54,470 bases of DNA from an uncultured Verrucomicrobiales bacterium (GTDB taxonomy: Bacteria; Verrucomicrobiota; Verrucomicrobiia; Verrucomicrobiales; DEV007). The stretch covers positions 1-54,470 of the forward strand of contig CALKOM010000114.1 of NCBI GenBank assembly GCA_938091905.1. The letters run 5' to 3'. A program made the translations under genes and the position numbers. The notes below the pieces were generated by a model. The model was not told the DNA's origin and made no database searches. It was given only the letters and a program-made list of their open reading frames with translations. Position 1 is the first letter of the stretch, and every line of letters starts with the position of its first letter. Positions 30,693 through 38,812 of the stretch are shown in pieces.

Positions 30693-31649
30693 TTATTCGT
30701 TAGGAACCTTCGGCAGAAAGCGCACGAGATCGAGCGCCAAATATGCCCGCACATTCTCGCGGCCGAAGACCATATTGATTCCCTGCGATTCTTGTTCCGC
30801 AGCGGGCTCCTCGCCCTCTTCCAACTCAATATCGTCTGGCGCATCGGAACGTTCTGGGCCAATCAAAGACTGGTTCTCCAATCGCATCCAGCGAGTGACG
30901 AAATAGAATTCACCCTCGTCCGCAGCTTCACCCAAGGCACTAGAGGTATTGCTGAGAGCATTGAGAACCGACTGAAAGTTTTTCTCAGGCAGTTCAATAG
31001 CGATCTCCATCGGGTAGGTTACAGACACGGGCTCTGCCTTCGGTTTCGGCTTAGCATTGCCCCTACTATTACTTTGACCCCTCGCTCTCGGAGCTGGCGC
31101 CTGCTCGCGCGTCTCAAAGGGCATCTGCTCCCGCTTGACTGAGAACCTCTTCACATCGTTAGCAAGAAGAAGATTACTAAGCCAAACGGTTGCATTGAGC
31201 TGGAACTGAAGTTGATCAACCGCTCCCTCCAGAGGCACTTGGGCTCGATATTTGTCCAAGCCGAGATAGAACCCTTCAGGAAGAGTCACCCCGGAAGCTG
31301 ACGATGCCTCAACGACCGCATCCACCTTGAGAGCAAGATCCTCTTGAAACTGAGCGACACGCACACCGGTCGGCATTGGCACCTGGCCGACATACATCTT
31401 ATTGGCAACGGCCTCCGCCTTCGTACGGTAATCGCTGACGAGATCGCGAACAACGGCCGCGTTCTCAGAGCTCGGAAACGGCTTCTGCTCTTGAAGATCT
31501 CGCTTGGACTTGTAAGCGGCGGCAAGACGATCTTGGGCATCAGCGAACTCACCACGAGCCTTCGTAAAGAAGAAACCCAAGCCACCGAGCCCGATGACCA
31601 ACAAGGCAATGAGCCCCGACAAGAATGTATTCTGTTTAATCCAGTTCAT
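30693..31649 (-). CDS. Amuc_1100-like pilus-associated protein (PilO-like)
   Basis: MNWIKQNTFL plus TM, coiled coil, FYLGLDKY motif, and position between the PilM-like and Amuc_1099-like genes. Confidence 0.72.
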   Translation of the reverse strand: MNWIKQNTFLSGLIALLVIGLGGLGFFFTKARGEFADAQDRLAAAYKSKRDLQEQKPFPSSENAAVVRDLVSDYRTKAEAVANKMYVGQVPMPTGVRVAQFQEDLALKVDAVVEASSASGVTLPEGFYLGLDKYRAQVPLEGAVDQLQFQLNATVWLSNLLLANDVKRFSVKREQMPFETREQAPAPRARGQSNSRGNAKPKPKAEPVSVTYPMEIAIELPEKNFQSVLNALSNTSSALGEAADEGEFYFVTRWMRLENQSLIGPERSDAPDDIELEEGEEPAAEQESQGINMVFGRENVRAYLALDLVRFLPKVPNE

Positions 31650-31678
31650 TGGTATTAATCGACAAAGAGACTTAAGTG

Positions 31679-33478
31679 CTAATCAATAGCGACCGGCTCC
31701 TGCAACGGCAAGGTGAGCTCAAAGTCATAGGCCCAGACCGAATCATCGGTCCCATCGTTAAATTTAATCAGGTCCGCGAGGACAATTTCTAGATTATCGT
31801 CATCCATGCCACTGGTCTTGAAGTAAGGTGACTCTTTGATGGCCCCCAGAAGAACTTCTGAAACGATTGTTGGTCGAGCTGGACTACGGAACAATCCTTT
31901 AAGGATAACCGTATCGATCTCGACTGGCTTGGCTGGACCTGCGTTTCTCTTTCGATCCCTAGCATTTCCAGCGTCTGGCTTGAACTTCTTAAGCGAACGC
32001 GAACCCAGAGCAGGCTCGAAGTCACCTGATAGATCTTTGGTCAACTCGTCATCACCGATCATTGGCGCCATCGTGGTAAACCACACTTCAGGCGACTTCA
32101 GACGACTATTGAGATCAGTGAGAAAGTCCGCCCAGTAAGTACGTTGAACGACCGCATTGGTGTAATCTCCCGTCCGCGCCTTCACAGCATCGAGATCTTC
32201 AGTAGACGAATCAATGGTGTCCTGGACGAGCGCCAGAGCTTCCGTCTCACCGCTGAGATCACCAATCTTGCCATCAATCACTTGGGCAGCCCGAGTGAAG
32301 TAGAATCCTCCAGCAGCGAGCGCGCCCAAGACACCAGCAGTGCCAAGCAAGAGCGCCGGCTTACGCCTCTCAAGATCACGCGCGTTTGCTAACGACGGCG
32401 GAACGAGCTCGAGCTCAATTGGAGATTGCGGCCCATTGCGCAATGCAAGGCCAACCAGCTCACCCATGGTATGCGCCTCAGCAGCCACGGCGTCCTGATT
32501 CACCTTCGGCCCAACGCCAACATTGCGAAGCGGGTTAAAATATTCTACAGGCACTCCGAGCTTCTCTTGCAGGAATTGCGCAAGACCTTCGGTGCCAGAA
32601 GCACGGCCAGCCAAATAAACCACTTCAGGCAAACTACCCTCTTGCTGGGACTTATAGCGATTATTAGTCCTAACAATCTCGCCATGCAATCGAGTGACCG
32701 CGTTCTTCAATATCGTCGAAATTAAGCCTGCCTGCTCATCGGACGGCTCAGCACCGTTGGGAGCGATGGCCCCCTTCTGAAGCTTCAGCGTCTCCGCAGC
32801 CTCAAACGGGATGGACATTTCTTTAGCGATCGCCTGAGTAAAGCTCGCTCCGCCAATACGGCTAGAACTGATAAAGACGCGACCAGGCTCAGCATAAATT
32901 AGATTTGCGGTGCGAGCACCGACATCAAGAATCAGAGCGGGCTTCGTTTGATCGGCATAGCTGTAGCGATAGGCATTGTACACGAGCATCGGCGAAACAT
33001 CGACCGACAGCGTCTTGATGCCAGAACGCTCCACAGCTGAATTCATCGCCGAAAGCTCATCAGACTTGATAGCCCCGAGAAGCACCTCGACATCCATCGA
33101 GCCAGGCTCGCCAATCAACTGGTAACCCCAGGACACTTCATCAATCGGAAACGGCACGTTCTGCTGGGCTTCAAACTCAACAATCTGATCTACCTTATCC
33201 TCACTCAGAGGTGGCAGCTTCACAAAGCGCATGAACACTGGCTGCCCAGCAATGGCACAACGCACGTTGTTACCCTTTACCTTAGCCTGATCCACGACCG
33301 ACTTCACACCCATCTGCATCTGCGGGATGCGAGTCGCATCCGAAGAAGGATCTCCCTCGAGATCATGATGAAAGAAGCGCGTGAGGGCCAGTGACCCTTT
33401 CGAGCCACCAGAAATTGTAGCAAGGCTCACCCGCTGGGAGCCGAGATTGATAACCGTTGAGGTAGATTTGGTTGCCAT
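31679..33478 (-). CDS. pilM: PilM/FtsA-like pilus assembly protein with fused PilN-like tail (Amuc_1101-like)
   Basis: FMRFVKLP, VEFEAQQNVPFPIDEV, LILDVGARTANL, YFNPL, GELVGLALR, followed by a TM helix and periplasmic domain. Confidence 0.85.
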   Translation of the reverse strand: MATKSTSTVINLGSQRVSLATISGGSKGSLALTRFFHHDLEGDPSSDATRIPQMQMGVKSVVDQAKVKGNNVRCAIAGQPVFMRFVKLPPLSEDKVDQIVEFEAQQNVPFPIDEVSWGYQLIGEPGSMDVEVLLGAIKSDELSAMNSAVERSGIKTLSVDVSPMLVYNAYRYSYADQTKPALILDVGARTANLIYAEPGRVFISSSRIGGASFTQAIAKEMSIPFEAAETLKLQKGAIAPNGAEPSDEQAGLISTILKNAVTRLHGEIVRTNNRYKSQQEGSLPEVVYLAGRASGTEGLAQFLQEKLGVPVEYFNPLRNVGVGPKVNQDAVAAEAHTMGELVGLALRNGPQSPIELELVPPSLANARDLERRKPALLLGTAGVLGALAAGGFYFTRAAQVIDGKIGDLSGETEALALVQDTIDSSTEDLDAVKARTGDYTNAVVQRTYWADFLTDLNSRLKSPEVWFTTMAPMIGDDELTKDLSGDFEPALGSRSLKKFKPDAGNARDRKRNAGPAKPVEIDTVILKGLFRSPARPTIVSEVLLGAIKESPYFKTSGMDDDNLEIVLADLIKFNDGTDDSVWAYDFELTLPLQEPVAID

Positions 33479-33528
33479 AGATGCGATGCGATATCGAAAC
33501 GAGACTTCAGTGACAGAAAGATCCGAAA

Positions 33529-34131
33529 CTAACTAGAAGAATCGTTCAAATAATTGTCGTAGTAGAGATCACGGAAAGGAGTCTGATTCTTCGGCAGCAG
33601 CTCCATCTCTGGCGCAGCCCCGGCCTGAGCCTTAGTCATCTTTTTCATATCCGAAGCGACTGACTTGCCGGCATACTTGATATTGATAGCGTAACCGGCA
33701 AGATCTCCCTTAGATGGCCGGGCTTTTCCGGTGATCCGAGCAAACTCCCTTGGCGGCAAGTAGACTGCCACAGCCTGATTCTTACCTACAGCGACGTTCG
33801 GATAGGTCCCACTGTGCTTCACAAGCTTCTTCTTATTGTCACCACCCTTGATCACCAAGAAGACCTCAATTTCCAAAGCATCGGGCAAATAGCCATCCTT
33901 CGGTGGCTTTGCGGAACTCACTTGAAAGATGACCTCAGCCTCAAGCCAACCTCGCTCCGGCTTAAACGACTTCTTAGAACCCTTAAGCGTAAACTGAGGA
34001 GACTCCACGGTGTCTACGTTGAACTTACCGATCTTTACCTTCGCCTGCGCAAATATAGAATCCGAGGCACCCGCGAGGGCAAAAATAAGGGCGATCAGCG
34101 CCGAGGCGCTGCTGAATGAAGGGTTTCTCAT
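33529..34131 (-). CDS. Amuc_1102-like secreted pilus-system protein
   Basis: Signal peptide, SPQF...K....WLEAEV, LLPKNQTPF..LYYD.Y. First gene of the cluster. Confidence 0.65.
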   Translation of the reverse strand: MRNPSFSSASALIALIFALAGASDSIFAQAKVKIGKFNVDTVESPQFTLKGSKKSFKPERGWLEAEVIFQVSSAKPPKDGYLPDALEIEVFLVIKGGDNKKKLVKHSGTYPNVAVGKNQAVAVYLPPREFARITGKARPSKGDLAGYAINIKYAGKSVASDMKKMTKAQAGAAPEMELLPKNQTPFRDLYYDNYLNDSSS

Positions 34132-34200
34132 AATCCTTTAGGTGCGAGTGGGCCGAGAATGGTTCGAATATGTCGCCATGGCTAGAAATTTCTTAATAAA

Positions 34201-34230
34201 AAATTACACGCTAAAAAATTCACTTTTCAA
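34201..34230 (-). promoter_or_regulatory. Putative sigma70 promoter of the pilus cluster
   Basis: TTGAAA-N18-TAATTT on the minus strand in an AT-rich intergenic region. Confidence 0.4.
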
Positions 34231-34393
34231 GCCTTTTCTCCTCTTATTTCAGGGGCCACAGACTGATCGCGGCGGCAAGGAGAACTGGCGTAGATGCCTT
34301 GGGGTTCGATCTGGAATCGCCGATTTGAGAATCGATGGCTTGCCTACGTTTTGCTATGATCACTCGACGTCGTGCGAGACAATTCGTCACTGT

Positions 34394-35788
34394 TTAGTGG
34401 GCTCCAGCCCCCCACAAGACGACAGGGACCGTTTTAAGAAGGATCTTAGCATCAAGCCAGAGCGACCAATTGTCGATGTATTCCAGGTCCAGAGCTACCC
34501 ACTCGTCAAAATCAGTGATGCGGTTTCGGCCCCCAATCTGCCAGAGACAAGTAATACCAGGCTTCACACTGAGGCGGCGGCGTTGAGAACTCTGCTCGAT
34601 CTTAGCCACTTCATCTACCGGCAGGGGTCGAGGTCCCACAAGGCTCATTTGACCGAGGGCCACATTCACGAGCTGAGGCAACTCATCAATGCTCATGCGC
34701 CTGAGGAAGCTTCCGAACTTAAATACCCGAGGGTCGTTGTCGATTTTGAAGACCGGCCCCGACATTTGGTTATCCTCTTGCAGAGCAAGCTTCTGGGCTT
34801 CCGCGTCCTGCACCATTGTCCGGAACTTGTACATCGTAAACGGGCGCCCATAAAGACCACCCCGCTCCTGACGAAAAACAACGGGCCCTTTCGAAGAGAA
34901 TCGAATCCCGATTACGGCGAACAGACAAATGGGCGACGTCGCCATAATAAGCACCAACGCCACCAACCGATCAAAGAAGGTTTTGAGCAACAGAGCCCAC
35001 GATATTTCAGGAGTAGAACGGAACACGAGCATAGGCTTGCCCCCAATCATCTGAAAATCCGGGCGTGCGATCGACGTCTGAAAGAAATCGGCCGCCACCC
35101 AGACCTCCACTCCTTCTACCTCACAGGCAGCCAGTGCGTCGGCAACTTCATTGAAATGCACATGCTCTGCCGCAAAGATGACTCTCGATACACCCTTGTC
35201 GTGAAGCACTTGCATCAAGTCTTTGCGCTTGGTTTCCCTCACATCAAATCGAGCGACGACATCCATTTCCATACGCTGCTCGATCGGAATGCCATTAAAG
35301 ACAACATCCACATCCTCAGGCATCCCAATGAGAACAACCGGCTGACTTAGTTCACCGGTCCGAAGCTGATGACGAAGGAACGTCTGGTAGACTCGCTCTC
35401 TCAAGAGGAGAAGGGTCCCAGCCAAGGCCGAGAAGATGATGAGAACAGCACGACTCTCATTCTCCATTTTAAAGAAGATGACTGCGCCACCAATGACCAC
35501 GCCTATGTAGACGACAGCTTGGGCCATTTGTCGGAGGGACGTCCAAACGGTCTTCTGGAGGGGATCGAAATAAAAACCTAGATATTCCAGGACCAAAGGT
35601 GTGAACGGCACGACAATAGCCATGATCCAAAGGAAGTAGCCGAACTCCGCGATGGTGACGTTCGTGATCACCCCCCACTCGGGGAGATGATAGCGCAACC
35701 ACCAGCTGAACCAAAAAGTAAGAGCCAGGATCACACTATCGATGATCTGGTTCAGCTGAAGACTAATCTCCTCTTTCCGGGCGAGCAT
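34394..35788 (-). CDS. Undecaprenyl-phosphate glycosyl-1-phosphate transferase (WcaJ/WbaP family)
   Basis: Four N-terminal TM helices, then FRQERGG..GRPF.MYKFRTM, SIDELPQL.NV..GQMSLVGPRP, LDLEYIDNWSLWLD. Confidence 0.92.
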   Translation of the reverse strand: MLARKEEISLQLNQIIDSVILALTFWFSWWLRYHLPEWGVITNVTIAEFGYFLWIMAIVVPFTPLVLEYLGFYFDPLQKTVWTSLRQMAQAVVYIGVVIGGAVIFFKMENESRAVLIIFSALAGTLLLLRERVYQTFLRHQLRTGELSQPVVLIGMPEDVDVVFNGIPIEQRMEMDVVARFDVRETKRKDLMQVLHDKGVSRVIFAAEHVHFNEVADALAACEVEGVEVWVAADFFQTSIARPDFQMIGGKPMLVFRSTPEISWALLLKTFFDRLVALVLIMATSPICLFAVIGIRFSSKGPVVFRQERGGLYGRPFTMYKFRTMVQDAEAQKLALQEDNQMSGPVFKIDNDPRVFKFGSFLRRMSIDELPQLVNVALGQMSLVGPRPLPVDEVAKIEQSSQRRRLSVKPGITCLWQIGGRNRITDFDEWVALDLEYIDNWSLWLDAKILLKTVPVVLWGAGAH

Positions 35789-35842
35789 GCTCTCTAAAAA
35801 CTACATTTGCCAAAATAGACAAGCGGCGATTACTGATAATTG

Positions 35843-36547
35843 ATGGTCCCTACGCACCCCGCCATTGTTGGTGCCGTCGCCGATCGCGACACCCTCACCG
35901 CCCTTCCTGATCTTGAGGACATCATTCAACTGTGCGATTATGTAGAGTTTCGCGTCGATGCCCTGCTTGAAAACGAGGACCTCCTCGTGCGCCGTCTCGC
36001 CGATTGCTCCCGACCGATTCTCATCACGGTAAGAGACCCTGTGGAAGGCGGCCTGTTCAACCTTACGCCCCAAGACCGTCAGCAGCGGATGCTCGATTTC
36101 CTCCCGCATACCACACTTCTCGATATTGAGATCCGGAATCTTGAAGCCTTCGGCCAAGTGGTCAGCAAGGCAAAGTCCCAAGGGGTGAGCATCGTCGCGT
36201 CCTACCACGACTTCTTAACCACTCCACCTCGAGAAAGCCTCGATGAGGCCGTCCAACGAGGCCTGGCGGGCGGCGCAGATATCATCAAGCTAGCCGTCAC
36301 CACCGAGAACGCCCTCGATCTGCACACACTGCTGCAATTGCAGGAAGACACTCGTTCGCAAGCCCCATTGACGGTCATGGGCATGGGCGTCCTGGGCATG
36401 AGCTCTCGAGTCGTCGCCGCCCAGGCAGGCGCATTGCTGACCTACACCTACCTCAAAGAAGCCAACGCCCCCGGCCAATGGTCGGCCCATCTCATGAGGC
36501 ATCTCTTTGATGAACTCGGAATCGAACGCCCAAGTTTAACATCCTAA
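35843..36547 (+). CDS. aroD: Type I 3-dehydroquinate dehydratase
   Basis: VEFRVD, ITVRDPVEGG, LDIE, ASYHDF, ADIIKLA, MGMG, APGQ motifs. Confidence 0.88.
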   Translation: MVPTHPAIVGAVADRDTLTALPDLEDIIQLCDYVEFRVDALLENEDLLVRRLADCSRPILITVRDPVEGGLFNLTPQDRQQRMLDFLPHTTLLDIEIRNLEAFGQVVSKAKSQGVSIVASYHDFLTTPPRESLDEAVQRGLAGGADIIKLAVTTENALDLHTLLQLQEDTRSQAPLTVMGMGVLGMSSRVVAAQAGALLTYTYLKEANAPGQWSAHLMRHLFDELGIERPSLTS

Positions 36548-36563
36548 AGTATTGCTTGAACAC

Positions 36564-36577
36564 TGTTCAAAAGAACA
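36564..36577 (+). promoter_or_regulatory. Verrucomicrobia-type LexA (SOS) box TGTTC-AAAA-GAACA
   Basis: Perfect match to TGTTC-N4-GAACA. It sits in the spacer of a TTGCTT(36552)...CACTAT promoter-like element, 16 bp upstream of an ATG. Confidence 0.75.
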
Positions 36578-36593
36578 CTATTCATGATTTACC

Positions 36594-36767
36594 ATGAATA
36601 GACTCGATCCACACACCTCCATTCAGATCTCAAATCGCCTCAAGTCACTCTTCGACAGCGCGCGCCGTTATCAGCAGCGCCGTTCGCGCCCGCTGATCCG
36701 ATCAATCACGCCACGGAATTTCCCGCAGGAGCGTCAGCTAGAACTCGGGCTTCAGCTCGAGCGTTAG
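36594..36767 (+). CDS. Uncalled 57-aa protein with C-terminal beta-clamp-like motif QLELGL
   Basis: MNRLDPHTSIQISNRLKSLFDSARRYQQRRSRPLIRSITPRNFPQERQLELGLQLER*. It fills the aroD-selB gap, and its stop overlaps the selB stop. Confidence 0.65.
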   Translation: MNRLDPHTSIQISNRLKSLFDSARRYQQRRSRPLIRSITPRNFPQERQLELGLQLER

Positions 36768-38728
36768 GCTCCCTGTTGTCGCAGGTAACTTCGACTAAGC
36801 ATGCGGAAGTCTCCGGATCGCACAGTCACGCCTTGTTTGTCTAACCGATCCAGAATCGGCATCAAAATGCGTCGTGTCGTTCCGATTGTCTGACGCAATT
36901 CGCTCACGGTAGCTTTCTCGTTGGCCTTCATGAAGGCAACTACCAAATCCTTCGCAGTATCAAAAGCGTCTGACAAAAGCGCACATTTGTCCCCGAGATC
37001 GATGACTTCACCTGTCTCCATGAGGAATCGGAGAGCTTGTTGATCATTTGGCGTTGGCGCTAGTTCCTTGGGATTCGGCGGCTCGAGAGGCTCCTTTTTT
37101 AAGTCTCTAAGAATGCGATCCCCTGCCGCACGCAATTCCGGTGGCAAGGTTGGCCGATGGTCCACGTGACGTACAGCACTACCAATCTTGCGAAACGTGT
37201 TAGCACAAAGAGCGTCGACAAGGACTTCAAACAGACTGGGAGCGGGCAGTCTGGCTTCGACTTGCGCACGCAAGTCACGCAGCGACAAGCCGCCCTGGTC
37301 AGGATGAGACTGATGATAACCTTTGATGATTTGAGCAACCTCGTGCATCACTGCCGCCCACCACTCGCGATGTACCAGCCAACTCCCCGCTGCTTCCATT
37401 TCACCAGACTCTGCTAGCGCATCCACCACGGCCGCAATGGCTACCGCCGAAAACGGCGATTGCCTCAAAAGACCTTCTTTCGTCACAGCACGATCTCGCT
37501 CTAGCAACGAACCCACGACCGTCTCAAGGTTCATTGGTGCCGCCGACCGACTCTTGAGAAACGTCGTCTGTGCATTCGAACGAAAGCCGCCCTCACTAGG
37601 CGCGGTATCCAGCACAATCCCACCCGCGAGGGAACTCGTCTTCGGCCAATCTCGGATGACGTAGCCATCTCCATAGAAGGCAAAGACCGGCTGATCAAAA
37701 CGCAGTTGGGCAAGCCCAGACTGCCCGGGCATCATGGCCTTTGTCGCATAAAAGTATACCCTAGCAGAATGACTAGCACCGCCGTGATGCCAGCGAACAC
37801 GTTGGCCATTCTTGATGGGTTTAGACGAAGCCGGCTGCCCGGGAATCTCGCGTTCGGAGCGTTCCATGAAAACATCTAACACTCGACTCGTTTCTCCCAG
37901 ATTTGCGAGGGTAACGATATCCCCCCGGCGTACCTGTTTCCGCTCTTGTTTGGCCACACCGACATCTGTTAGGTTCACAGCCGTTCTCATCCCCGGATGC
38001 GCCGTCTCCACATTCGCGCTGTGCGATTGTAAATTTCGAATCGACGTCTTCTCCCCAGACGGTTGAAGAATGGCAGCATCACCTTTCTCCAGGACACCGC
38101 CGGTCAGTGTTCCCGTAACCACCGTACCCACACCTTTGGGCGAGAAGGCCCGATCGACATGAAGACGCGGTTTACCAAGATTGGGACTTGGCTCCACATC
38201 ACGTAGTGCGATCGCAATTGCTGATCGCAGATCGTCCAGACCATCACCACCAATGGCCGATACCGGCACGATAGGAGCGTCCTCAAAAACTGTTCCTGAC
38301 AGTTGCTCTTGCACACCAAGAATGGCATCCGACGGATCTTCTAACAAATCACTCTTCGTCAATGCAACCACCGCACGTTTCACGCCCAGGTATTGAATGA
38401 TCTGCACATGCTCCTCAGTTTGCGGCATCCAACGGTCATCGGCCGCAACAATGATTAGCGCTAGATCGATCGATCCCACGCCCGCTACCATGTTCTTCAC
38501 AAAGTCTGCGTGACCGGGAACATCCACCACACCCAAGCTACAAACCAAGGCACCATCATCCGGATCTGGAACATCTAGGTGCGCAAACCCCAGATCAATC
38601 GTCATTCCGCGCGCCCGTTCCTCAGGCAAGCGGTCAGGATCGGTACCCGTGAGAGCCTCGACCAAGGTACTCTTCCCATGATCGATATGACCGGCCGTGC
38701 CTATAATGTAGTGCTTCTTCTGCGCCAT
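36764..38728 (-). CDS. selB: Selenocysteine-specific translation elongation factor
   Basis: GTAGHIDHGKS, TDPDRLPEE..RGMTIDLGFA, DVPGH, MPQTEEH, C-terminal winged-helix region. Confidence 0.95.
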   Translation of the reverse strand: MAQKKHYIIGTAGHIDHGKSTLVEALTGTDPDRLPEERARGMTIDLGFAHLDVPDPDDGALVCSLGVVDVPGHADFVKNMVAGVGSIDLALIIVAADDRWMPQTEEHVQIIQYLGVKRAVVALTKSDLLEDPSDAILGVQEQLSGTVFEDAPIVPVSAIGGDGLDDLRSAIAIALRDVEPSPNLGKPRLHVDRAFSPKGVGTVVTGTLTGGVLEKGDAAILQPSGEKTSIRNLQSHSANVETAHPGMRTAVNLTDVGVAKQERKQVRRGDIVTLANLGETSRVLDVFMERSEREIPGQPASSKPIKNGQRVRWHHGGASHSARVYFYATKAMMPGQSGLAQLRFDQPVFAFYGDGYVIRDWPKTSSLAGGIVLDTAPSEGGFRSNAQTTFLKSRSAAPMNLETVVGSLLERDRAVTKEGLLRQSPFSAVAIAAVVDALAESGEMEAAGSWLVHREWWAAVMHEVAQIIKGYHQSHPDQGGLSLRDLRAQVEARLPAPSLFEVLVDALCANTFRKIGSAVRHVDHRPTLPPELRAAGDRILRDLKKEPLEPPNPKELAPTPNDQQALRFLMETGEVIDLGDKCALLSDAFDTAKDLVVAFMKANEKATVSELRQTIGTTRRILMPILDRLDKQGVTVRSGDFRMLSRSYLRQQGA

Positions 38729-38812
38729 GAACGTGGGTCACTCAACGCACGCGACCGAATCGCCTCAAGAGAAATCTCGTTTACCCCGCACCAGAACCGC
38801 TACACTGCGGCA

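Noticed and set aside
34142..35350. 402-aa plus-strand ORF
   Set aside because: Antisense shadow of the sugar transferase, with no recognisable motifs.
38579..38812. Extended N-termini offered by the ORF track (PQQ dehydrogenase; likewise Sir2, FdhD, CotH, CoaE, Grx)
   Set aside because: The extensions overlap neighbouring genes or promoters; downstream ATGs give proper signal peptides or domain starts.
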